Of a stretch of 64,000 nt of DNA, positions 26,641 through 38,041 are shown piece by piece. Below the pieces are notes generated by a model that was not told the origin of the DNA, did no database searches, and saw only the letters and a list, made by a program, of their open reading frames with translations. The DNA comes from Thermoplasmatales archaeon (GTDB lineage Archaea; Thermoplasmatota; E2; DHVEG-1), in the NCBI GenBank assembly GCA_020341795.1, contig CP070836.1, forward strand, positions 1,682,157 through 1,746,156. Direction: 5' to 3'. How positions within the stretch are numbered: position 1 is the stretch's first letter; every line of letters begins with the position of its first letter. Both the position numbers and the translations under genes were made by a program.

Positions 26641-27666
26641 TTGAAGAAAATGACATATGCTGATAGTGGGGTAGATGTCCTAAAAGAAGAAAAAGCAATA
26701 AAAGAAATACTGTCTAGCATAAAAAGCAAACGCAAAGGCATAGGTAAACCTCTGGGGGGACATTATGCAGGATTAATTGAATTCGGAGAATATGCACTTG
26801 TATTATGTACCGATGGAGTAGGTAGCAAAGTAGAAATAGCAAATAAAATAAAAAAATGGAACACAGTCGGAATTGATTGTATAGCAATGAATGTAAACGA
26901 TGCAATTTGTGTTGGTGCTGAACCTCTTGCATTTGTTGATTATTTAGCAATTGAAGATCCTGATCCACAGATAACAAAAGAAATTGGAAAAGGACTATCA
27001 GAAGGAGCAGAGCTTTCAAAAATTTCAATTATTGGAGGAGAAACAGCATCACTACCTGAAATTATAAATGGTTTTGATCTTGCAGGAACATGCTTGGGAT
27101 ATGTTAAAAAAACAGATATTATAACAGGTAAAAAAATTCAACCTGGAGACATAATAATTGGCTTATCAAGCAATGGAATTCATTCAAATGGTTACACATT
27201 AGTTAGAAATGTTATAAAAGAATTAAAACTTAAATACACTGATAAATTTCCAAATGAAATATATTCAAATAAAAAGATAGGAGACGTTTTACTTGAACCA
27301 ACACAAATCTATGTTAAAGAAATAGTTAATCTTATAAAAAATATTAAAGTACATGGACTTGCACATATAACTGGTGGAGGACTAAGAAATTTATCGAGAT
27401 TAAATAAAAATGTAAAATTTGTTATTGACGACCCATTTACTCCACAACCAATTTTTAAATTCATACAAAAAAACGGAAATATTGATGACAAGGAAATGTA
27501 TCGGGTATTTAACATGGGAATGGGATTTTCAATAATTGTGTCTAAAAAAGACGTAAATAATACAATTAATATTTTAAGAAAATATTCAAAATCTAATGTA
27601 AAAAAGGTTGGAATAATAGAAAAAGGTAAAGGTGTTGAACTAAAAACGCTCGGAATTAAATATTAA
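26641..27666 (+). CDS. purM: Phosphoribosylformylglycinamidine cyclo-ligase (AIR synthetase)
   Basis: Motifs YADSGVDV, LCTDGVGSKVEIA and IIGGETASLPE. The start is TTG at 26641; an alternative ATG is at 26650. Confidence 0.95.
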   Translation: MKKMTYADSGVDVLKEEKAIKEILSSIKSKRKGIGKPLGGHYAGLIEFGEYALVLCTDGVGSKVEIANKIKKWNTVGIDCIAMNVNDAICVGAEPLAFVDYLAIEDPDPQITKEIGKGLSEGAELSKISIIGGETASLPEIINGFDLAGTCLGYVKKTDIITGKKIQPGDIIIGLSSNGIHSNGYTLVRNVIKELKLKYTDKFPNEIYSNKKIGDVLLEPTQIYVKEIVNLIKNIKVHGLAHITGGGLRNLSRLNKNVKFVIDDPFTPQPIFKFIQKNGNIDDKEMYRVFNMGMGFSIIVSKKDVNNTINILRKYSKSNVKKVGIIEKGKGVELKTLGIKY

Positions 27667-28385
27667 ATGAAAAATGGCACTTTTTCTTTATATTTTTTAT
27701 AACTTTCAATATGTGCCATTTCTTTTTCCTCAATTCTACAAACTTTAATATATTTATATACTAAAATCACAGCAAATAACACTGTTAGAATAGTAGGCCA
27801 ACCGATAAGCCATCCAAGAATAACCAATATAAAACCTAAATATTGAGGATGACGAGAATATGCATATACACCTACTTTTACTAGATCTTGTTTTTTAATA
27901 TTTCTATAAAGGGTGAGCCATCCTATAAGGATGAATAAAGTTCCAATAATAATTAAAATTGTTGCATAAAGCATTGCCATATCCATTGCAATATTTACTC
28001 CTAGAAACTCAAACTCATATACTACCCGCGCAATCCCAATGTTTGTTGGATAAATCGATTTAGCTACAAAGAGAATCGATAAGGGAATTCCATACATTTC
28101 AATAAATAATGATACAAAAAAAGCAGTTACAAGACCATACTCTTTCCAATTTATTTTACGTCTAAAAGAAAGTGGAATTAAAAAAGTGGTGAACATTAAT
28201 ATATTTATAATTACAATATGCCATTGTTCAGTTATGACATTAGGTAGAATTGAACCGGTAAAATGAGAATAAATATGAATATAAAAATCTATGAAAAAAA
28301 TAATTGGAATAAGTATTAATGAAAAAAACAAAAACCTCAATAAAAAATTTTTATGTTTAATAAACCTAATCAATTTATCAAGCAT
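27663..28385 (-). CDS. Polytopic membrane methyltransferase (ICMT/phospholipid methyltransferase family)
   Basis: Multiple TM segments. The C-terminal signature is GVYAYSRHPQYLGFILVILGW...RIEEKEM...Y..YKEKVPFF. Confidence 0.7.
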   Translation of the reverse strand: MLDKLIRFIKHKNFLLRFLFFSLILIPIIFFIDFYIHIYSHFTGSILPNVITEQWHIVIINILMFTTFLIPLSFRRKINWKEYGLVTAFFVSLFIEMYGIPLSILFVAKSIYPTNIGIARVVYEFEFLGVNIAMDMAMLYATILIIIGTLFILIGWLTLYRNIKKQDLVKVGVYAYSRHPQYLGFILVILGWLIGWPTILTVLFAVILVYKYIKVCRIEEKEMAHIESYKKYKEKVPFFI

Positions 28386-28451
28386 GATACTTTTCTCACA
28401 AAAGAATCCTATATGAAATCTAATATAAAACTGATTCTAAAAAAAAGTTAA

Positions 28452-28526
28452 TAGCGGGGAATGGATTTGAACCATTGATCTACGGGTTATGGGCCCGTCG
28501 GGATTTCCTGGCTACCCCACCCCGCT
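28452..28526 (-). tRNA. Initiator tRNA-Met (CAT)
   Basis: The reverse complement is AGCGGGGTGGGGTAGCCAGGAAATCCCGACGGGCCCATAACCCGTAGATCAATGGTTCAAATCCATTCCCCGCTA. It has the A1:U72 pair and three G:C pairs closing the anticodon stem (GGG/CCC), both archaeal initiator hallmarks. Confidence 0.9.
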
Positions 28527-28666
28527 GTATTTTGGTAGCCTACCTGATTTTCTTTTGGGAATAAAGTTACTCATACTTAAACCTAATACTCATTGTTAAT
28601 TCAATTATCGAACATTACGGAAAAAACATTATAAACCTAATAATAAATTAATAGCTGTGTTTAACG

Positions 28667-28870
28667 ATGGAAGTTAAAACCCGACTTGTAAAAAAAATTG
28701 CTAAATTTCCAAAGGTTTGTACAAGTTGTAATACACAAATATCATCTGGTGATGCATATCATCTAGAAGAAGGAGTTGACCATCATATACATTCACTTTT
28801 AGCACGGCTATATTGTTCAGATTGCTATGCAAAATATGGAGAAAAAAAACTGCTAATTGGAAATTATTGA
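28667..28870 (+). CDS. Small hypothetical protein with CxxC...CxxC (zinc-ribbon-like)
   Basis: 67 aa with CTSC and CSDC pairs. No family was recognised. Confidence 0.4.
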   Translation: MEVKTRLVKKIAKFPKVCTSCNTQISSGDAYHLEEGVDHHIHSLLARLYCSDCYAKYGEKKLLIGNY

Positions 28871-28943
28871 TGATTTTTTATGTGCAGATTAATAATTTGC
28901 AAAAAGATTTTTGAGCGGTTTATATATTAGTGGTTTTCAGCTT

Positions 28944-29026
28944 GCAGGGGTACCCGAGCGGTCAAAGGGGCAGGGCTTAGGACCCTGTGACGTAGGTCTT
29001 CGAGCGTTCAAATCGCTCCCCCTGCA
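28944..29026 (+). tRNA. tRNA-Leu (TAG)
   Basis: Acceptor GCAGGGG/CCCCTGC, anticodon arm CAGGG-CTTAGGA-CCCTG, a long variable arm, T-loop GTTCAAATC, discriminator A. Confidence 0.9.
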
Positions 29027-29050
29027 CTAATAAAATTTAATGGTGTAAGA

Positions 29051-29590
29051 TTGAAAATTATTGCATTTACTGGTATGCCTTTTTCAGGAAAAAGTGAAGC
29101 AGTAGAGATTGCAAAAAGAAATGATATACCTGTTATCCGCATCGGTGATATGATATGGGATGAAGTAAAATCTCGAAATTTGGAACTAAGCGATGAAAAT
29201 GTTGGAAAAATTGCAAATGATATGAGAAAAAAACACGGAAAGGATATTTGGGCAAGACGCACTATTGAAAAAATTAAAAAAATGAAAACAGAAGATATTT
29301 TAGTCGTTGACGGTGTTCGTAACGATGAAGAAGTTGAAACTTTCAAACAAAACCTTGCAAAAGATTTTATTTTAGTAGCTGTAGAAGTACCTGACAAATT
29401 ACGATACCAACGTGCAATGAATCGTAATAGACAGGATGATGCATTAGACTTGGAGAAAGTTAAATTAAGAGATAAAAGAGAGATTGGATGGGGTATTGAC
29501 AGAGTGATTGCATCTGCTGATATCGTTATCTCAAATAAAGGATCGTTAGAAGAGTTTCAAAGGAAGATAAATAATTTATTTAAACGATAA
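29051..29590 (+). CDS. P-loop nucleotide kinase-like protein (archaeal UPF0200/dephospho-CoA-kinase-like family)
   Basis: TTG start. The P-loop is IAFTGMPFSGKSEAV, and the overall layout resembles the small archaeal UPF0200 kinases. Confidence 0.6.
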   Translation: MKIIAFTGMPFSGKSEAVEIAKRNDIPVIRIGDMIWDEVKSRNLELSDENVGKIANDMRKKHGKDIWARRTIEKIKKMKTEDILVVDGVRNDEEVETFKQNLAKDFILVAVEVPDKLRYQRAMNRNRQDDALDLEKVKLRDKREIGWGIDRVIASADIVISNKGSLEEFQRKINNLFKR

Positions 29591-29630
29591 CCTTATCTAT
29601 TAAATGTCTTATTTTCGGCTACGGTTTATT

Positions 29631-29879
29631 ATGTATAAAGCTAAGGTTACAATTGGTCTTAAAAAAGGTGTTTCTGATCCTGAAGGTGCAAATACACTTA
29701 AAGCTTTAAAATTACTAGGATTTGATAATGTTCAAGAAGCAAAAACAATTCGAACTGTGGATCTTTTAATTAATGGAAAAAGCAAAGATGATGTTAAAAA
29801 AAGCGTTGAGCGAATGTGCCAACGTCTCCTAATAAATCCTGTTATTCATAATTATAAAATTGAAATTAAAGAAAAATAA
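29631..29879 (+). CDS. purS: Phosphoribosylformylglycinamidine synthase subunit PurS
   Basis: The preferred start is MYKAKVTIGLKKGVSDPEGANTLKALKLLGF. The size and motif are typical of PurS, and it lies immediately upstream of purL. Confidence 0.85.
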   Translation: MYKAKVTIGLKKGVSDPEGANTLKALKLLGFDNVQEAKTIRTVDLLINGKSKDDVKKSVERMCQRLLINPVIHNYKIEIKEK

Positions 29880-29897
29880 AAACCTGTTAGGGGAGTA

Positions 29898-32255
29898 TTG
29901 GTGAATTTAGAAAGATTATTTAAAAAAAAAAATGATGAGTTTTTATTATATGAGATTGATCTTTTTTCAGCAACTGACGAAGAACTAATAGCTATTAGTG
30001 ACCGAATGGGAATAGCACTTGATCTTTCTGAGATGAAAAAAATAAAAGATTATTTTAAAAAGAAAAAAAGAAATCCGAATGATATTGAACTTGAAGCATT
30101 AGGACAAGCTTGGAGTGAACATTGTTGTTATAAATCTTCAAAAGTACCACTAAAAAAATATGTTTTTGGTATAGAAGAAAAAAAAATTATTACACGTGAA
30201 GATGCAGGAGTAATTGAGTTTGATAAAGATCATTATTATTGTGCAGCACTAGAGTCGCATAATCATCCATCTGCTGTTGAACCATATGGTGGTGCAGCAA
30301 CTGGCGTGGGTGGAATAGTCCGTGACATAGTTTGTATGGGTGCACAACCAATAGCTTATATTGACCCTTTGTTTTTTGGACCATTGGATTTACCATACAA
30401 AGATGTACCAAAGGGCACCAAGCATCCAAGATTTTTATTTAAAGGAGTCGTTGATGGAATCCGAGATTATGGTAACCGAATTGGAATTCCAACACTCTCA
30501 GGTCAAGTATATTTTCATGAAGGATACACAGGTAATTGTCTTGTTAATGTAGGCTGCATTGGTATTATGAAAAAGAAAGAATTAATACATAGTCGAGCAA
30601 AAGCACCAGGAAATATTTATGTTTATGTAGGTGGGAAAACTGGTCGCGATGGAATACATGGTGTAACATTTGCAAGTGCTGAACTTACAGATGACAGTGA
30701 AGAAAGTAGTAGATCCGCTGTTCAAGTTGGAGATCCAATTACAAAAGAACCTCTTATTCATGTAACACTTGAATGTAACAGAAAAGGACTTCTCGAAGGA
30801 CTTAAGGATTTTGGAGGAGGAGGTCTTTCCTGCGTATGCGGTGAACTTGCATATGATGCAGGATTTGGTGCAGAAATCTATCTTGATAATATCCCCCTAA
30901 AAGAAGAAGGTCTTGCGCCATGGGAGATATGGGTATCTGAAAGTCAAGAACGTATGATGTTTTTAGTTTCAGAAGAAAATCTTGATACAGTTCTACATAT
31001 ATGCAAGCAATGGGATGTTACCGCAGTTGTTGTTGGGAAGGTAATTTGCGAAAAAATTACACGTGTATTTTACAAAGATCGGAAAATTCTTGAAATGGAT
31101 ATGGATTTTTTTACGGGAGGTCCTGAGTATGATACTTATAAGAGACCTTTCACTATTCAAAAGAATAGGAAATCAAAAGAAAAAGATTTTAAAATACCTG
31201 ATTTGAATCAAGTGCTCAAAGATTTATTAAAAAACATCAACATTGCATATAAAGAATGGGTTATCCGCCATTATGATCATGAAGTCCGAGGTAATACATT
31301 TATTAAACCTCTTCAGGGGAAACTAAACTTTGAATCACATGGTGATGCAACAGTTATAAAACCACTTGAGAAATCATTTAGAGGTCTTGCAGTAACAGCA
31401 AATATAAATCCTCGTTTTATGGAGCGAGATCCTTATTGGGGTGCATGCTCTGCAATTGATGAAACATGTCGTAACCTTGTATCAGTTGGAGCATCCCCTG
31501 ATTCACTTCTTGATTGCCTGAATTTTGGAAATCCTGAAAAACCTGATAAAATGGGTGAGTTTTATGAAGCTTGTCGTGGTTTAGGTGATGCTGCTCGTGA
31601 TCTAGGTCTTCCTTTTATGTCTGGTAATGTAAGTTTTTATAATGAATCAGTAAAAACTGCTGTTCCACCAACTCCAGAAATAATGGGTATAGGTATCGTG
31701 CCAGACATTAGAAAATGTGTAACTTCTGATATCAAAAATCAAGGTAATTCAATTTATCTTGTTGGTAAAGCAACTGAGAAAGAAATGGGAGGTTCAGAAT
31801 ATTATAGTTTAATTGGTATTGAAGGAGACATTGTACCAAGATTTGATGCAGAAGTTTTGAAAAACTGCCTTAGAGGAATTCTTTCAGCAATTGAAAAAGA
31901 GCTCATTGCATCATGTCATGATGTAAGTGAGGGAGGAATTGCAGTTTGTATCTCTGAGATGACAATTGGAGGAAATATTGGTACAGAAATTGATCTGTTA
32001 AAAGTTGGTGCAAATTTAAGATATGATTTTAAGCTCTTTTCAGAATCAAATACAAGATGGATTATCGAAATTAAAAAAGGTAAAGATAAAGAATTTGAAA
32101 AACTACTTTCTAAAAATAAAACACCATTTGAAAAAATTGGAAAAACCATTAATAAAAACATAATAATTAAGGATAACAATAAAACAATTATAAATTTGAA
32201 AGTTACAAAAATTAGAGATATCTGGAAAAATACAATTTGGAATATTATGGGATAG
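29898..32255 (+). CDS. purL: Phosphoribosylformylglycinamidine synthase II (FGAM synthase large subunit)
   Basis: 785 aa. Motifs are WSEHCCYKS, ESHNHPSAVEPYGGAATGVGGIVRD and duplicated AIR-synthase-related domains. The start is TTG or GTG at 29898/29901. Confidence 0.95.
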   Translation: MVNLERLFKKKNDEFLLYEIDLFSATDEELIAISDRMGIALDLSEMKKIKDYFKKKKRNPNDIELEALGQAWSEHCCYKSSKVPLKKYVFGIEEKKIITREDAGVIEFDKDHYYCAALESHNHPSAVEPYGGAATGVGGIVRDIVCMGAQPIAYIDPLFFGPLDLPYKDVPKGTKHPRFLFKGVVDGIRDYGNRIGIPTLSGQVYFHEGYTGNCLVNVGCIGIMKKKELIHSRAKAPGNIYVYVGGKTGRDGIHGVTFASAELTDDSEESSRSAVQVGDPITKEPLIHVTLECNRKGLLEGLKDFGGGGLSCVCGELAYDAGFGAEIYLDNIPLKEEGLAPWEIWVSESQERMMFLVSEENLDTVLHICKQWDVTAVVVGKVICEKITRVFYKDRKILEMDMDFFTGGPEYDTYKRPFTIQKNRKSKEKDFKIPDLNQVLKDLLKNINIAYKEWVIRHYDHEVRGNTFIKPLQGKLNFESHGDATVIKPLEKSFRGLAVTANINPRFMERDPYWGACSAIDETCRNLVSVGASPDSLLDCLNFGNPEKPDKMGEFYEACRGLGDAARDLGLPFMSGNVSFYNESVKTAVPPTPEIMGIGIVPDIRKCVTSDIKNQGNSIYLVGKATEKEMGGSEYYSLIGIEGDIVPRFDAEVLKNCLRGILSAIEKELIASCHDVSEGGIAVCISEMTIGGNIGTEIDLLKVGANLRYDFKLFSESNTRWIIEIKKGKDKEFEKLLSKNKTPFEKIGKTINKNIIIKDNNKTIINLKVTKIRDIWKNTIWNIMG

Positions 32256-32362
32256 AAATCTTAAACAACATGTAATTGTTTTACTTATTCGGTGATGAAC
32301 GAACCCTTTCTGAACTTTAATAGGTGATGATGAAGATCTTGAGTACTGAATAAATATTCATT

Positions 32363-32824
32363 TTACATATGTTTTCCTAGCATATCTGCAATTTTTTCTA
32401 AAAAAACAGCATCTTGTTTTGAAAAAGCAGCTGGTATATCTGAATCAATATCTATTTCAGCAATAATTTTTCCATCTTTTTTAATTGGTACTACTATTTC
32501 TGATCTGGTTGTAACAAAACATGATAAGTATCTACTATCTTTATGAACATCATCAATTAATTCTGTTTTACCTGTTGATGCTGCAGAACCACATATTCCT
32601 TCTCCAATTGGGATTTTTACATGTTCAGTTGAATGTGGTCCATTCCAGCTTCTGAGAATTAAATTGTTTTCTTTTACAATGTATATTCCAACCCAACTAT
32701 AATTTTTAAAGTTTTCATAAAGAAAGTTTACAACATCATCCAAAACATTTGATGAATTAGTAATAACATTTTTTATTTCTTCTTCTGCTTTAATATAATC
32801 CATATAAATCATCTCATTTTTCAA
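32363..32824 (-). CDS. GAF-domain protein (free methionine-(R)-sulfoxide reductase-like)
   Basis: 153 aa. The matching segment is YSWVGIYIV...IPIGEGICGSAASTGKTELIDDV..DSRYLSC...RSEIVVPI. Confidence 0.7.
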   Translation of the reverse strand: MKNEMIYMDYIKAEEEIKNVITNSSNVLDDVVNFLYENFKNYSWVGIYIVKENNLILRSWNGPHSTEHVKIPIGEGICGSAASTGKTELIDDVHKDSRYLSCFVTTRSEIVVPIKKDGKIIAEIDIDSDIPAAFSKQDAVFLEKIADMLGKHM

Positions 32825-34053
32825 TAATCTATAAGACTTGTTTGATTGCTGTTTGGTCGTGTTTTTATTTCGATTATATTATCATCACTTGGCAGTTCTA
32901 TTCTTCCATATTGTCCACCGCCCCCCGGGTGAACTATTATTTTACGTTCTCTAAATGCTTGAATTGCTTCTGCTATAGCAGGAGCTGTAAACTTTGCAAT
33001 TTCTCCGATATCAATTTCGAGTAGAACATTTATTTCACTTTTGAAATGTGACACAAGTTCACTCCATCTTTTGTTTACAGTTTGTGTAAAAGGATTTTGT
33101 TGACCTATTGCTTTTGTTATAATTTCTGTCAGTGGTATTAAATGTAAATATAATGGTCTATGATCTGGGTGTTCTGGTTCTGCAAACTCTGCTCGTTCAC
33201 TAATTCGATCTTTAACTCCTTTTTTTATCCGTTTTCCACAACTGCATTTCCATCTTTTTAGTTGTGCTTCTTCAAGTGTGTAGTGTGTGTAGCATGCCCG
33301 ACATGCTGATTCATGATATTTCCCTTCTTGTGGAGGGATTCCAACATTTAAAACAGTTTTATTTCCATTTATTCTTAGTATTGCTTTTTTTATTTCATTA
33401 TAAGTTGCATCATTTACTTGGAATCGGTTGAATTCTCTTGCGATTCTAGCTGGATGTGGGCTATGACAATCAGAATTAGTAAGGAAAGTAAGCTTATGGA
33501 GTTCTTTTATCTTATCTGCAAAATATGTATCTGCACTTAGACCTAGTTCAACAAAGGAGACATATTTAGCAAGATTACCATAGCATTCAGAAAGGGAATT
33601 GAAATAGGCATACATTGCTGTATATGGTGTAAATGCATGAGCTGGACCAATTAATACATCTAGGTCTTTTGATATTTGAGCTAGCTCTTCACCACTCATA
33701 TCAATATTTGGTCTTCCATCAGTTTCAAGGTTTTTTGATTTATGTTTTATTCTTTCCTTGAAATCTTCAACAGTTGAGATACTTGGAAAATATAAAAGAT
33801 GATGAACTCTTTTTTGTGCTTCTATTTCTGTATTTAATATAAATCGTGTACCTTCGAATTCAAATGTACCTTCATCTAGTTTGTTACATCTTTTTATTTC
33901 TTCTATCCATTCAGGATGTAAACAATCTCCAGTTGCGATAATATCAATACCTTTTAAGGGTGCTACTAGTGCAAGATTTTGTATATTCATTTTATTACTT
34001 GTTGCACTTGAAAAACGAGAGTGTATATGTAAATCTGCGTTAATTATCACCAA
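32821..34053 (-). CDS. Endonuclease Q-like PHP-domain nuclease (TIGR00375-type)
   Basis: 410 aa. Motifs are ADLHIHSRFSSATS, ATGDCLHPEW, RVHHLLYFP, LIGPAHAFTPYT, NSDCHSP, REFNRF, a Zn-finger ACRACYTHYT...WKCSCGKRIKKGV, and VHPGGGGQYG. The stop overlaps the start of the GAF gene. Confidence 0.7.
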   Translation of the reverse strand: MVIINADLHIHSRFSSATSNKMNIQNLALVAPLKGIDIIATGDCLHPEWIEEIKRCNKLDEGTFEFEGTRFILNTEIEAQKRVHHLLYFPSISTVEDFKERIKHKSKNLETDGRPNIDMSGEELAQISKDLDVLIGPAHAFTPYTAMYAYFNSLSECYGNLAKYVSFVELGLSADTYFADKIKELHKLTFLTNSDCHSPHPARIAREFNRFQVNDATYNEIKKAILRINGNKTVLNVGIPPQEGKYHESACRACYTHYTLEEAQLKRWKCSCGKRIKKGVKDRISERAEFAEPEHPDHRPLYLHLIPLTEIITKAIGQQNPFTQTVNKRWSELVSHFKSEINVLLEIDIGEIAKFTAPAIAEAIQAFRERKIIVHPGGGGQYGRIELPSDDNIIEIKTRPNSNQTSLIDY

Positions 34054-34113
34054 ATCCCCATATTTGCAATATGAAATGCTGATTTAGTATTTACTAAAAA
34101 AGAAAAAAAGAGT

Positions 34114-35898
34114 TTATAGTTTTGCTCCACATTCTGGGCAAAACATATCGCCTTTTTTTAATTTATTACCACATTCAGAACAGAATTTATCTTTTGATTC
34201 TTTCTTTTTTTTAGTTTCTTCTTTTTTGACAGCTGGTGCTGGCGGCGGTATAACTGTTTTCTTTTCTTCTTCAGTTATTTTTGGTTCATAAAATATTTTA
34301 TTTGGAACAACTTCTAAAATACCAGCTATTATCATTATAATTCCAGCCACTAAAAGAATTATAGCACCACTTCCAAGCCCCCAATGCATTTGGACATCGG
34401 CAAAAAAAGAGTTTTGTGTGATAGTATCAGATAATTGACCACCAAAGGGATTACTCGAGATTGAGTCAAGCATATTTGATATAAATATTGCACTATCCGA
34501 AGTTGTATCACCTGTCACTCCTGAAAATGTACCAATTGCAATAATTGCAAAAATAAGTATCACTATTACTACAATAAACCTAATACCTCTGAAAATATAT
34601 TTAGTTCCAAGCTTCTTACTTTTATGAACACCAAATGTTGAAAGAAGCATCAAGATAACACCAATTATTAGTATTGCAGCAAAGGGAAATATAACAGTTC
34701 CTAATGGTATAGTTCCAGTAGGTCTAGGCATATACATATTAATACCAGATCCATCAATGACCAATAGGTCAAATGTACCACCTCCACCAGTTATTACATT
34801 AGATATAATATCTGCAGAGACAACATACCATTGACTATAAATTCCAACAATAGCAAGAATTAATCCCAGAATACATAAGACATTTCCAATCGTGTTTAGA
34901 TTAAATCCATCAATGTATAACAATGACATTATTCTTGGACCAAGTCCATATTTTTTATTAATAGTATAAATTCTAACAATGATGACAATTAGAATAACTA
35001 TTGTTAAAATAATAAATATTGTCATAAAGTGATACATAAAAAGTTCAAGGATAAACACCATATCATTTGCTTGAGGAAGATTATTTCCCCAAGTAACTCC
35101 ACTCCACATATAATTACCATACATATCTGTTCTAAACATGGGAGTGGGAGTGCCATCGCTTCCAATAGTTAAATAACCTGGATTATAAAGTTCTCCCCAT
35201 AAGACTTCTTCTGTATACCATGATGTAGTTGTAATATCAACAAGAGTGTAATCATTAAGTTTCAATATTTTTCCATTAGCTCCAACTATGCCACTAGCAA
35301 TACCAAGTTTACCTGAGAAGGATCTTAAATAATTAGCATGTGAGCCACGGGATACATACACCTTTATGTGATCTCCTTCTTTTTCTACTTGATTCCAAGT
35401 TGCTCTTTGACCACTATAATGCTGACTATATCCAACCCATTTTAAACCTGATACAGGTATTACGACCTGTACCATCTCCCAGTCGCCTTCATGCTGATTG
35501 TGCTCACCTGGATTAAAAGCATAAAATATCCAATATTGAATTACTTTATTGTCACCGTCATCATATTCATAATAATAAACCGTATAACCTAAATTACTCT
35601 CTTGACTTTGATAATCAGTAATAATTCCTCCGTCATTTCCTGTTCCAAGTCTATTGTCCAGATAATTTATTGTTTTTCCACCAATATCTGACGATTTTAA
35701 ATCTGAATTATCTAAGTGATATTCTACTTCTACAGGGAAACAAGTTTCTTCTCCTTCAAAATAAAATATTGGTGCATAATCATCTGCAATTGCAGCATTA
35801 CATATAAAACCAAACAATGGGACTAGCAATAACAGAAATATTATAAAAAAAATTTTTCTAAAGCTTAAAATACCTTTATTTTTTAATATTTTTACCAT
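34114..35898 (-). CDS. Membrane protein: N-terminal Vps62/DUF946-like ectodomain, polytopic TM region, C-terminal double zinc ribbon
   Basis: It has a signal or anchor. YWIFYAFNPGEHNQHEGDWEMVQVVI...GYSQHYSGQRATW matches the recalled DUF946/Vps62 core (H.GDWE...SQHS.G). At least five hydrophobic helices follow. The C-terminus is FCSECGNKLKKGDMFCPECGAKL. Confidence 0.55.
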   Translation of the reverse strand: MVKILKNKGILSFRKIFFIIFLLLLVPLFGFICNAAIADDYAPIFYFEGEETCFPVEVEYHLDNSDLKSSDIGGKTINYLDNRLGTGNDGGIITDYQSQESNLGYTVYYYEYDDGDNKVIQYWIFYAFNPGEHNQHEGDWEMVQVVIPVSGLKWVGYSQHYSGQRATWNQVEKEGDHIKVYVSRGSHANYLRSFSGKLGIASGIVGANGKILKLNDYTLVDITTTSWYTEEVLWGELYNPGYLTIGSDGTPTPMFRTDMYGNYMWSGVTWGNNLPQANDMVFILELFMYHFMTIFIILTIVILIVIIVRIYTINKKYGLGPRIMSLLYIDGFNLNTIGNVLCILGLILAIVGIYSQWYVVSADIISNVITGGGGTFDLLVIDGSGINMYMPRPTGTIPLGTVIFPFAAILIIGVILMLLSTFGVHKSKKLGTKYIFRGIRFIVVIVILIFAIIAIGTFSGVTGDTTSDSAIFISNMLDSISSNPFGGQLSDTITQNSFFADVQMHWGLGSGAIILLVAGIIMIIAGILEVVPNKIFYEPKITEEEKKTVIPPPAPAVKKEETKKKKESKDKFCSECGNKLKKGDMFCPECGAKL

Positions 35899-36109
35899 AA
35901 TATCCTCCTCAAAACACCACTCAAGTTATAATTTGCCCTGTTTTAATATTTTATTAAATAAAAAAATTGGGTAAAAAAAGGATTTTTTAATAGCAACATT
36001 TATTAGTCTTTACTCCATATAAAAAGTGGTAAAAAATTGCATTGATGATGGGGCAAAAAATCCTTGTGAAAATTTACCTGAATTAGTGTGGATAATAAAC
36101 ATGAAGTGA

Positions 36110-38032
<1,923 letters not shown>

Positions 38033-38041
38033 GGTGATGTT

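Noticed and set aside
26438-26644. 68-aa plus-strand ORF bridging the clan CD peptidase 5' end and purM
   Set aside because: It overlaps the N-terminus of the minus-strand peptidase and the promoter region. Its composition is Ile/Tyr/Leu-rich with no motif, so it is likely spurious.
29008-29397. Antisense or shadow ORFs in the track. Examples are 29008-29397, 37015-37365, 56898-57317, 61404-61736, 61047-61340, 6958-7269, 10478-10783, 23111-23440, 26714-27028, 49837-50157 and 22493-22765.
   Set aside because: Each lies entirely within, and opposite to, a long ORF with strong family motifs. Their translations are low-complexity (Ser/Leu/Phe/Ile-rich), typical of the reverse strand of AT-rich coding DNA.
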